This document shows positions 44,347 through 52,302 of a stretch of 53,316 nucleotides of DNA, in pieces (the first letter of the stretch is position 1; each line of letters opens with the position of its first letter). Under the pieces are notes generated by a model that saw only the letters and a program-made list of their open reading frames with translations, searched no databases and was not told where the DNA came from. Both the position numbers and the translations under genes were made by a program. This DNA is from a virus: IMG/VR virus record IMGVR_UViG_3300032007_000120. The stretch is one strand, 5' to 3'.

Positions 44347-45255
44347 ATGGCAACAAGTAACACAAAAGAGGTCGCAGTATATCAGAAGAATATCAGCGAC
44401 CAAGTTCTGGCAAAGATCAAGAACTTCGAGCAGGTCGGACTTCGACTCCCTGCCAACTACGCTATCGACAACGCTATGAAGGCTGCATGGCTCGTCCTGC
44501 AGGACACGGAAGACCGCAACCACAACAAGGCTCTGGACGTATGCACCAAGGAGTCGATCGCAAACTCCCTTCTCGACATGGTTCTGCAGGGTCTTAGCGT
44601 GGCGAAGAAGCAGGGTTACTTCATCGTCTACGGAAACAAACTGAACTTCCAGAGATCCTACTTTGGTACGGTGTCCGTCGCTCTCCGTTCTGGCAAGATC
44701 AAGGAAGAGCCAGTCGCCAACATCATCTACGAGGGTGACGACTTTGTCTACACCATTGATCCTGCTACTGGACGCAAGAAGATCGTCAAGCACGACCAGA
44801 AGATAGAGAACATCGACAATAACAAGATCAAGGCTGCGTACTGCATCATTCAGAGAAGCAACGGAGAGTCGGATCTGGAGATTATGACTCTCAAGCAGAT
44901 TCACGACGCTTGGAATCAAGGAGCGACAAAGGGAAAGAGTCCTGCACACCAGAACTTCTCCGACCAGATGTGCAAGAAGACCGTCATCAACAGAGCCTGC
45001 AAGATGATCATCAACTCTTCCGACGACGCTTGGCTCTACGAGGGCAAGACCGACGAGTTCGACGCTACACCAGAGGATCAGCGCGACCAAGAGATCAACG
45101 GTACTCAACAGAAGAAGTTCGTGGAAGAAGCAGAAGCGGTTGAAATCGGCTCGTCAGACGCTTCGAATGCTCCGACTGGAACAACTGCCCAGACAAAGAA
45201 AGAAAACGCGTCACAGACCGCAAAGAATGCGTCTGACGACGAACCAGAGTATTAA
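44347..45255 (+). CDS. recT: RecT-family single-strand annealing protein
   Basis: 302 aa. RecT-like core: SIANSLLDMVLQGLSVAKKQGYFIVYGNKLNFQRSYFG. Acidic C-terminal tail. Confidence 0.75.
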   Translation: MATSNTKEVAVYQKNISDQVLAKIKNFEQVGLRLPANYAIDNAMKAAWLVLQDTEDRNHNKALDVCTKESIANSLLDMVLQGLSVAKKQGYFIVYGNKLNFQRSYFGTVSVALRSGKIKEEPVANIIYEGDDFVYTIDPATGRKKIVKHDQKIENIDNNKIKAAYCIIQRSNGESDLEIMTLKQIHDAWNQGATKGKSPAHQNFSDQMCKKTVINRACKMIINSSDDAWLYEGKTDEFDATPEDQRDQEINGTQQKKFVEEAEAVEIGSSDASNAPTGTTAQTKKENASQTAKNASDDEPEY

Positions 45256-45273
45256 TCAATAACCGTCTGTCTT

Positions 45274-46008
45274 ATGAAATTGAGAATATTAGGATCGAAC
45301 TCAAGTGGTAACTCCTACATCTTGGAGAATGACAACGAAGCACTGCTGATCGAAGCAGGTATCGACTTTAGGGTCGTCAAGAAGGCTCTTGGTTACAACC
45401 TGCGCAAGGTGGTAGGCGCGGTGATTTCCCACAGACACGGTGATCATGCGAAGTTCGTCGCTTCTCTGGTCAAGAGCGGTATTCAGACGCTCGCTCTGGA
45501 TGACGTATTCGCAAGTCATGGGATAGACGGTAATCCTTTCAGTCATTCGGTTATTCCGAACAAGTCGTACAAGGTAGGCGGATTCATCTGCACTCCGTTT
45601 GCGGTATCTCACGACGTACCCTGCGTCGGTTGGCTTATCAAGCACGACGAGTTCGGAAAACTCCTATTCGTGACGGACACGATGAAACTCGACTACACGT
45701 TCGACGGACTGACGGAGATCATGATCGAGACGAACTACGCTGACGACATCTTGGACGGTCGTCTGGAACGCGACGAGATCAATCTCCAGATGTATAAGCG
45801 AATCATCAACTCGCACATGAGCCTATCGACCGCGAAGTACATTTTGAAGTCCAACGACCTCTCGCAAGTCGACAACATCGTTCTGATTCATCTATCGAAC
45901 GGAAGCAGTGACGAGCAACGCTTTGTTAGCGAGATCAAGCGTCTCACTGGCAAGCAGGTCACTGCAGCCGACAAGGGAGTGGAGATAGAACTTTTAATTC
46001 CGTATTAG
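45274..46008 (+). CDS. Metallo-beta-lactamase-fold hydrolase (candidate recombination nuclease)
   Basis: 244 aa. HxHxDH motif ISHRHGDHAKF plus downstream His/Asp ligands (VSHD, LIHLS). Confidence 0.8.
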   Translation: MKLRILGSNSSGNSYILENDNEALLIEAGIDFRVVKKALGYNLRKVVGAVISHRHGDHAKFVASLVKSGIQTLALDDVFASHGIDGNPFSHSVIPNKSYKVGGFICTPFAVSHDVPCVGWLIKHDEFGKLLFVTDTMKLDYTFDGLTEIMIETNYADDILDGRLERDEINLQMYKRIINSHMSLSTAKYILKSNDLSQVDNIVLIHLSNGSSDEQRFVSEIKRLTGKQVTAADKGVEIELLIPY

Positions 46009-46011
46009 CAA

Positions 46012-47010
46012 ATGAGCAACGAATGGATCAAGATAAATCGCAACTTTCTGGAATGGGAATGGTACGACGACATCAATACAAAGGTTCTGTTCCTGCACTT
46101 GCTTCTCAAGGCTAACACGAAAGACAATGACTGGAACGGAAAGAAGATCAACCGAGGTCAACTCGTCACAAGTCTGTCGATCTTGAGCGAAGAAACTGGA
46201 CTATCAGTTAAGCAAGTAAGATTGTCATTGAACAAACTTGAAAGTACTGGAGAAACGACAAGCAAAAGGGCAAGCAACTTTCGTATCATAACCATCTGTA
46301 ACTATGATAGTTACGAGGAAGAAGAAAACGAAGAGGGCAAACCAAAGGGCAAACCTCAAGAAATCGAGGGCAAACCAAAGGGCAAACCAAAGGGCAAACC
46401 TTACAACTTTGCAAGTTCTTTTATTACAAGCGATTACAACGACGACAATAGTAACGAGGGCAAACCAAAGGGCAAACAAAACGACAAACCAGATAATCAA
46501 GATGGCAAAGAAGAAAAGAAAAAAGAAAATCTTTCCCCCACACCCCCTATAAAAGAAATAAATAAAAGAAGAAATACTCCTAACGGAGGGTTGCCGACAA
46601 CTACGTCGTCGGCTTTGAATGGAGGGGCAAGGAAAGTCTTTGAGAGTTTCTTCAACAAGACTTACGGATCAGCCTACTACTGGTCAGCAAAGGACGCAGG
46701 ACACATGACGAAACTTCTAAAGAAGATTCAGTTCGCGCGAAACTCAAGAGGACTGCCGATAGACGACGACTCGACGTTGAAGGCTTTGGGGTTATTCCTC
46801 GAATCCATCAAGGACGACTGGATCTTACAGAATTTTTCCGTTTCGGTCATCAACTCAAAGTATAACGAGATAGTATCACAAGCAAGACAAATAGGACATG
46901 GAAGCAATAACAGAAACGATCAAAGGTCTCTTGAGCAGGCGCAAAGACAATCAGAAGTCGTTGACCTTCTCTCCAGACTTAGAGCGGAAGACGCAACTGA
47001 TCAAGGATAG
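46012..47010 (+). CDS. Replication organiser/initiator with an N-terminal winged helix
   Basis: 332 aa. N-terminus: WIKINRNFLEWEWY...GQLVTSLSILSEETGLSVKQVRLSLNKLES. Internal GKPK repeats. Confidence 0.6.
   Translation: MSNEWIKINRNFLEWEWYDDINTKVLFLHLLLKANTKDNDWNGKKINRGQLVTSLSILSEETGLSVKQVRLSLNKLESTGETTSKRASNFRIITICNYDSYEEEENEEGKPKGKPQEIEGKPKGKPKGKPYNFASSFITSDYNDDNSNEGKPKGKQNDKPDNQDGKEEKKKENLSPTPPIKEINKRRNTPNGGLPTTTSSALNGGARKVFESFFNKTYGSAYYWSAKDAGHMTKLLKKIQFARNSRGLPIDDDSTLKALGLFLESIKDDWILQNFSVSVINSKYNEIVSQARQIGHGSNNRNDQRSLEQAQRQSEVVDLLSRLRAEDATDQG
46336..46479. repeat. Seven copies of the 12-bp unit GGGCAAACCAAA (iteron-like array)
   Basis: Units start at 46336, 46348, 46369, 46381, 46393, 46459 and 46471. 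An A/T-rich tract follows at about 46505-46575. Confidence 0.8.
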
Positions 47011-47497
47011 GTTCGGTGACTTGAACTCCTGCTTGAACATCTTCAATCCAGACAACCAAGCGACTCTGGCGAAGCGACACAACGACTCTTGGATCACCGC
47101 AGACGTTCCGACACTGGCACTCCTAAACCAGACATACGGAAAGACCGCCTCTGTTCAATGGCTCGTCGTCCAGATCTACAACCTCTCGGAGTTCTGCGGT
47201 TGCAAGGACAAGTTATCCACAGCGCAGATCCATGAGTTGTCAAGGATCATCGACACCAGCTACTATCATCTCAAACTGACGGAACTCATGATGTTCTTCT
47301 TCAACTTCAAGATGGGAAAGTACGGAAAGTTCTACGGAGCAGTCGATCCTATGGTTATTACCTGCGCGCTCCGCGAGTTCATGCAGGAGCGAAACCAGAA
47401 GATCGACGAGGTCGAGAGCGAGCGACGGAAGAAGCAGGACGAGGAAGACCGCAAGAAAGCAGTCACCTACGAGGAATATCTCAAAATGAAGAAATAA
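46898..47497 (+). CDS. Hypothetical replication-module protein (start uncertain)
   Basis: 199-aa ORF that overlaps the upstream gene by 113 nt. There is no internal ATG until far downstream. Confidence 0.5.
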   Translation: MEAITETIKGLLSRRKDNQKSLTFSPDLERKTQLIKDRFGDLNSCLNIFNPDNQATLAKRHNDSWITADVPTLALLNQTYGKTASVQWLVVQIYNLSEFCGCKDKLSTAQIHELSRIIDTSYYHLKLTELMMFFFNFKMGKYGKFYGAVDPMVITCALREFMQERNQKIDEVESERRKKQDEEDRKKAVTYEEYLKMKK

Positions 47498-47534
47498 ACA
47501 AATAAGTAGACGTTTAACACCAATAAATTTAGTT

Positions 47535-47981
47535 ATGAAGCAATTATTTGAAGACGCTGACCCTATTCAGCGCAAGCAGTTACTGATCGACAACTGCGAC
47601 GAGGTTGTCGAGATGTCGTACCACAAGTCTTTCGATTCAGACCAGTTGGCAAACCGCAAGGAAGATCTGGTGAACACTTCCATCAAGATCGCGGAACTGG
47701 AGAAAGACATCGCAGACTACAGAGCGCACGTAAACGAGGAACTGAAACCTCTCAAGAAGCAGCGCGACCAGTTGATCTCGGATCTAAAGTCGAAAGGCGA
47801 GGACGTATTCGAGAAGTGCTACAAGATGGTGAACACCGAAGAGAAGGTAGCGGAGTTCTACAACGCAGAAGGTTACTGCATCATGACGCGTCCTGCAACA
47901 CGCGAGGAACTATCACCAAACATCTTCCGCATGAGCAAGGCTGCAGCAGAAGACAAAGAGCAGCAAAAAGAAGCATTATAA
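47535..47981 (+). CDS. Hypothetical protein (148 aa)
   Basis: ORF with ordinary composition and a coiled-coil-like centre. Confidence 0.55.
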   Translation: MKQLFEDADPIQRKQLLIDNCDEVVEMSYHKSFDSDQLANRKEDLVNTSIKIAELEKDIADYRAHVNEELKPLKKQRDQLISDLKSKGEDVFEKCYKMVNTEEKVAEFYNAEGYCIMTRPATREELSPNIFRMSKAAAEDKEQQKEAL

Positions 47982-48005
47982 ACCTTACATCAACACACAG
48001 CAATT

Positions 48006-48749
48006 ATGGAAGCAGAAAAGTTACAAGTGAACATGGGCACGAAAGATGTCCAGACACTGATCATTCGCGAAGCAGAAGGAGTCAATGAACTCCCAGTACT
48101 CGAACCTCTCAAGAACGAGATCAACGGAACAATCGACGCTCCGTTCCGCTATCTGGAGAAGCGGTGGAACGCATCAGACGGACAGATAGACCACTGCAGG
48201 ACTCACATCGAGGTGGATCGCGACAATTACTCTCTCCTGCTGATCTGCAACGAGACAGACGCGCGGAACATTCAGCAGATCTGCGGACGGATTCAGTTCT
48301 CCAAGCAGTATCTGGACTTCCACATCAACGATGGCTACCAATGGATTCCAGAGGAACTGGGTCAGTTCTGCAAGTTGTTCCGCACCTACTTCCCAGACAA
48401 GCAGCAGAACATGAAGTTGGTGTCGATCCTCAAGGGATTCAAGGCTAAGATCAATACTGACGTTCAGCGCGACGTGAAGGAGAACGGCTCGTATACCGAC
48501 AACTACTCGCAGATCGTCGACTCCAACATTCCGTCGTCCTTCCATATTCGGATTCCTATCTACAAGGGACAGAAGCAGGAGGATCTGGAGGTGGAGACAA
48601 TGGCTCACATCGACGGACGCGACGTTACCCTGCAGTTGATCTCCGCAGGCGCGGTTGACACCATTGAGGAAGCGCGCGACCGTCTGATCGACGAGGAGAT
48701 CGCTAAGATCCTGGACATCGCTCCAGAGATACCTATCATCGAAAAATAA
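48006..48749 (+). CDS. Hypothetical protein (247 aa)
   Basis: ORF with ordinary composition. Confidence 0.55.
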   Translation: MEAEKLQVNMGTKDVQTLIIREAEGVNELPVLEPLKNEINGTIDAPFRYLEKRWNASDGQIDHCRTHIEVDRDNYSLLLICNETDARNIQQICGRIQFSKQYLDFHINDGYQWIPEELGQFCKLFRTYFPDKQQNMKLVSILKGFKAKINTDVQRDVKENGSYTDNYSQIVDSNIPSSFHIRIPIYKGQKQEDLEVETMAHIDGRDVTLQLISAGAVDTIEEARDRLIDEEIAKILDIAPEIPIIEK

Positions 48750-48811
48750 TCACTCACTCACGATCTCTCCATCGTCGCTCTGGCGGTGGAGAGGTTCTAA
48801 AGAAAAACGGA

Positions 48812-49471
48812 ATGGACAACAAACAAGACATTTGTGAGATCTGCGGAAAGGTACTGACACCAGAGAACAGATCCAAAGCATACAGACACCGCTGCAAGGA
48901 ATGCGTGGCAGAGCAGGAACGACAGAAGAGACAGATGAAGAAACTGAATCGCGACGCAAAAGATCTCCTGCAGGAAGCAGACGACTTCACTCACACCATC
49001 AAGATCGAACTCTGCGGAGGGTGTGTTCCACAGAGAAAACACGTAGGAGACGCTTGCTATGATCTTTTCGTACCAGAGGACACAGAACTCAAGGACGGAA
49101 GACAAGTAATCAATCTCGGAATCAAGATCCAGTTACCTCATGGATTCTGCGCACACATCAGACCGCGGTCTGGCTACGCTTCGCAGGGTGTAGAGATCAA
49201 AGGTACTGACAAGCGACACGACGCAGACGTGATCACTGGAGTCGTAGACGAGAACTACCGCGGAGAGATCGGTGTCATAGTTGATAATCACAAATGGCGC
49301 GTAATGAACGACGAAGGAAAGATCGTCCGTCCAGTCATAGCAAAAGGAACTCGAATCGCACAGATGGAAATCGTCGCTGTTCCACAAACAGAATTTCAGA
49401 TCGTGGAATCTCTCGATCCTAACGAATACAGAGGTGAAAACGGTTGGGGATCATCAAACAAGACAGCATGA
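48812..49471 (+). CDS. dut: dUTPase with an N-terminal zinc-ribbon extension
   Basis: 219 aa. dUTPase motifs: GDACYDL, RPRSGYA, GVVDENYRGEIGVIV and RGENGWGSS. N-terminus: CEICG...CKEC. Confidence 0.88.
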   Translation: MDNKQDICEICGKVLTPENRSKAYRHRCKECVAEQERQKRQMKKLNRDAKDLLQEADDFTHTIKIELCGGCVPQRKHVGDACYDLFVPEDTELKDGRQVINLGIKIQLPHGFCAHIRPRSGYASQGVEIKGTDKRHDADVITGVVDENYRGEIGVIVDNHKWRVMNDEGKIVRPVIAKGTRIAQMEIVAVPQTEFQIVESLDPNEYRGENGWGSSNKTA

Positions 49472-49683
49472 GCAGGAAGAAAGCACTCGAGTTCTATTCA
49501 CTCGTCAAGACAATGCGGTCGTACCAGAAGCAGTACTTCGCAGCAGCAAAGGACTCTCCAGAGAAGAAAGACTTCCTGCAGAAGTCCAAGCAGTTCGAGT
49601 ACAAGGTCGACGACATCATCAGAAAGACAGAAGACAGACTCAAGGGTCTGAATATGTTCAACCAACAAAATCCAGAGATATGA
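49468..49683 (+). CDS. Hypothetical protein (71 aa)
   Basis: Start taken at the ATGA overlap with the dut stop. The track ORF starts at 49444. Confidence 0.45.
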   Translation: MSRKKALEFYSLVKTMRSYQKQYFAAAKDSPEKKDFLQKSKQFEYKVDDIIRKTEDRLKGLNMFNQQNPEI

Positions 49684-49814
49684 AGTTATTGTTGTTCGCA
49701 GCATTTATCCTGCTGTTCACCGTAAGTGGTTCTTTTGTGACCGCGTTGATGTTCATCAAGTATGGCGACTCTTGGGAGTATCGTCACTTCAATGACAAGG
49801 AGGACAAGAAATGA
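49680..49814 (+). CDS. Small membrane protein (44 aa)
   Basis: MKLLLFAAFILLFTVSGSFVTALMFI... with ATGA overlaps at both ends. Confidence 0.4.
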   Translation: MKLLLFAAFILLFTVSGSFVTALMFIKYGDSWEYRHFNDKEDKK

Positions 49815-50089
49815 AACAGAATGAAATCGAGATATACAAGGAAGCATTGAATAAGTGGGGAGAATTTTCCCAAATTATGATGCTTTTCGAGGAAATGAGC
49901 GAATTGCAAAATGCTATCTGTAAGTTCTATCGAGGAAGATGTCAGAGCAAAGACGTGGTGACGGAAATCGCAGACGTGATGATAATGACAGAGCAAATGG
50001 CAGTCTTGTTTGGTGCAGATGAAGTCGTAAGCGAAAAGAAAAGAAAGATCGAACGCTTACAGAAACGATTAGAAAGAGGTGAAAAATGA
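49811..50089 (+). CDS. MazG-like nucleotide pyrophosphohydrolase (small)
   Basis: 92 aa. EExxE...ExxD pattern: MLFEEMSELQNAI...VVTEIADVMIM. Confidence 0.5.
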   Translation: MKQNEIEIYKEALNKWGEFSQIMMLFEEMSELQNAICKFYRGRCQSKDVVTEIADVMIMTEQMAVLFGADEVVSEKKRKIERLQKRLERGEK

Positions 50090-50739
50090 AAAAAGAACAA
50101 AGAGTATGGTTAAGTGGTGTACCTTCACATGGACAAGAAGTGATCAAGGCACTTCAAAAACTCGGTGGAGAAAACGTCTACGGACTTGATGGTAAAAGAG
50201 AAGATTCTATTTACTTCATCAATCATGAAGGAATAATTTCTTCCACAATAAAAGACGAGACTGGGAGACTCATCATGGATTTCTACCAGAAGATAGAACC
50301 TGCAAAATGGGAGGAAGGAGATATTCTCGTAAAGAATGGAAATGCTATATACTGCGTATATAAGCACGCTGACAATAAACTTATAGGAGCGTTTTCTTTC
50401 TTCTTCATAACGACGCTTGTCGGTATCTCTTATGGAGGTTTAGAAAGAGTCAGAGACTATCATCTTGCTTCAAAGGAAGAACTGAAGAATTTCTACGCTT
50501 TCCTTCACAAAGTTGTAGGAGACTGGGACGCAAAGAATAAAACTCTTATTAAATGGAGATGGAATCCGTTTAAACTTTATGAATGCTATTACTTTATATC
50601 AGCAGCAGGAGAAGTCAAGAAGGGAATGTTCTATGAGAATGACGAGAACTTAGTTCAGTTATGCAATTTCGGCAACTGCTTCAAAACTCGCGGAGAAGCA
50701 GAAACGAAAGCTAAACAGATAAGAGAAATATTAAAATAA
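50086..50739 (+). CDS. Hypothetical protein (217 aa), AT-rich gene
   Basis: ORF with visibly different codon choice (AAA, GAA, TTA) from the rest of the genome. Confidence 0.5.
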   Translation: MKKEQRVWLSGVPSHGQEVIKALQKLGGENVYGLDGKREDSIYFINHEGIISSTIKDETGRLIMDFYQKIEPAKWEEGDILVKNGNAIYCVYKHADNKLIGAFSFFFITTLVGISYGGLERVRDYHLASKEELKNFYAFLHKVVGDWDAKNKTLIKWRWNPFKLYECYYFISAAGEVKKGMFYENDENLVQLCNFGNCFKTRGEAETKAKQIREILK

Positions 50740-50745
50740 CAGAAC

Positions 50746-50880
50746 ATGAAACATAATTGTTTGAACTGCAAGCACTGCTTTTCCAAGGACGGTCAACTTG
50801 GTTACTGCCTGCCAAATGAGTACGCGGTCAACCGTAGGATCGTATGTGAAGAATACAAGTCTGTAGAAGCGGAGAAATGA
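50746..50880 (+). CDS. Cys-rich micro-protein (44 aa)
   Basis: MKHNCLNCKHCFSKDGQLGYCLP...VCEEY. ATGA overlap with the next gene. Confidence 0.35.
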   Translation: MKHNCLNCKHCFSKDGQLGYCLPNEYAVNRRIVCEEYKSVEAEK

Positions 50881-51215
50881 TCATGGAAAATGGAAATGAC
50901 ATGGTAATAGAACTGAACGGGAAACCTATACTCTGGTTGAACGAGCCTATAGTCTTCGCGGATAAACTGGAGATCATCGGAGACGACATTCCGCATCATG
51001 ACTATACTCCAGACGGAGTTACCAACATCTCGTTTGAAGGTAAGATGATATTCGTTCCACAGACACCTTTCCAGAAGGCTCACAAGGAATGGTTTCGGAA
51101 GAACATCTTCCGAAGTCTGACTTCCTTCGACATTCCAAAGAACAGACGCAAGAACAGAACAAAGATTCTGGACTGGCGGAGAAACCACAGAAACAACAAA
51201 AACAAGAAAAAATGA
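50877..51215 (+). CDS. Hypothetical protein (112 aa)
   Basis: ORF with a basic C-terminal tail. Confidence 0.5.
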   Translation: MIMENGNDMVIELNGKPILWLNEPIVFADKLEIIGDDIPHHDYTPDGVTNISFEGKMIFVPQTPFQKAHKEWFRKNIFRSLTSFDIPKNRRKNRTKILDWRRNHRNNKNKKK

Positions 51216-51325
51216 TACTGATCATCGTAGGCGCAGTCATAGGATTCATCGTCGGAGTCTTTTCAATAGGACTTGTATCAGACGCGCGACACTATTTCGA
51301 CGATACTGACAAAGGCAAAGAATAG
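51212..51325 (+). CDS. Small TM protein (37 aa)
   Basis: MILIIVGAVIGFIVGVFSIGLV... with an ATGA overlap with the upstream gene. Confidence 0.35.
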   Translation: MILIIVGAVIGFIVGVFSIGLVSDARHYFDDTDKGKE

Positions 51326-51435
51326 CCAAATTCGGCTCACAGAAGGACGCTGACAGCGTTCTGCGGTCTCGGTGGAATAGTTACCCACAGAACCAAAAGA
51401 GTCGCTCATAATTCAAATAAACAGCTAAAAACGAC

Positions 51436-51678
51436 ATGAATACTGAATCGAACCATTTATCAGTCATACCAGACTTGAACAAGTCGAGGATAATCAACGC
51501 GGTGAGACGCATCGCGAGGAAAGGACTAAGGACTGACAAGGTATGGATCGTAGACCGTAAGAACAAGGACGGTGTCATCACCCACTCGCTCGTTCTTCCG
51601 TACTCATACGTCAAGGAACTGACACCGAACCTGCAGAAGATGGCGGTCATCTACATGGGAGAGATCTGCGTTCGGTAG
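51436..51678 (+). CDS. Hypothetical protein (80 aa)
   Basis: ORF with ordinary composition. Confidence 0.45.
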   Translation: MNTESNHLSVIPDLNKSRIINAVRRIARKGLRTDKVWIVDRKNKDGVITHSLVLPYSYVKELTPNLQKMAVIYMGEICVR

Positions 51679-51703
51679 TATTAATCATCAAAATCAAAAC
51701 ATC

Positions 51704-51856
51704 ATGGAGTATCAAGTAAAAGTAATCATCATGGATCGCGGTTTTGTAGTCGAGGACTCTGACCGTCACGAAGCCTGCAACGATGGCAAGGAACTGATTA
51801 ATTGTCTGTCTCGGATCAAGAAGGTCGCGGAGACTGACTTTTCTACGGAGGACTGA
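51704..51856 (+). CDS. Small hypothetical protein (50 aa)
   Basis: ATG at 51704 and TGA at 51854-51856. Below the ORF-track cutoff. Confidence 0.3.
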   Translation: MEYQVKVIIMDRGFVVEDSDRHEACNDGKELINCLSRIKKVAETDFSTED

Positions 51857-51858
51857 TC

Positions 51859-52302
51859 ATGGAGAAGGAAGTCTGGAAAAACAAGTGGAAAGAGAACTGG
51901 AAACGTCTTTTCAAGGCTCTGGTCGCGATCATCGTACTGCTCGGAATAGGTTTGGTGTCAGCAGCCAGACACCTATTCCGCAGGATCGTAGAATGGTGCA
52001 GGAAGTACAAGGGAATGACGATAACGATCGGTTTCGCGCTCTTCATGCTCTTGTTCGTCGGACAGACGTTACACTTCAAGATGGAGGAAAAGAAGCAGGA
52101 TCTCGCTTTCGACTCTCTGGCTCGTTACTGCGACTCCATCGAGAACTGCTCCACCTATGAGAGCGGTTACGCAGCAGGAATCCGCGAAATGAGCGGTCGG
52201 ACGCAGGACTTGCGACCAGTTACTTATAACGAACCGAAAAAGACCGTCAGACGCGACAGAACGCGCCAGAAAGAGATTATTACAAACGACTCAACAAAGT
52301 GA
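51859..52302 (+). CDS. Membrane protein (147 aa)
   Basis: Two hydrophobic helices: LVAIIVLLGIGLVSA and ITIGFALFMLLFVG. Confidence 0.5.
   Translation: MEKEVWKNKWKENWKRLFKALVAIIVLLGIGLVSAARHLFRRIVEWCRKYKGMTITIGFALFMLLFVGQTLHFKMEEKKQDLAFDSLARYCDSIENCSTYESGYAAGIREMSGRTQDLRPVTYNEPKKTVRRDRTRQKEIITNDSTK

Noticed and set aside
44170-45108. 312-aa ORF on the minus strand, antisense to recT. Similar long antisense ORFs occur at 43090..43752, 42541..43014, 21791..22336, 7662..8282 and 8367..8993.
   Set aside because: Their composition is aberrant (Val/Leu/Asp/Ser/Cys/His-rich with no motifs). They sit exactly opposite well-supported genes whose GAC/GAG/AAG/ATC codon bias suppresses stops on the opposite strand. 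These are frame shadows, not genes.
46336-46479. The GGGCAAACCAAA repeat array as a CRISPR-like or minisatellite locus.
   Set aside because: The units are only 12 bp, contiguous or closely clustered without unique spacers, and in frame within a coding linker (GKPK). It is better read as iterons or a peptide repeat.
48765-48793. Hairpin ctctccatcg...cggtggagag upstream of dut as a terminator.
   Set aside because: The stem has one mismatch and no following U-run. The preceding tcactcactca motif also occurs at 14739-14749, but it is too short to interpret.
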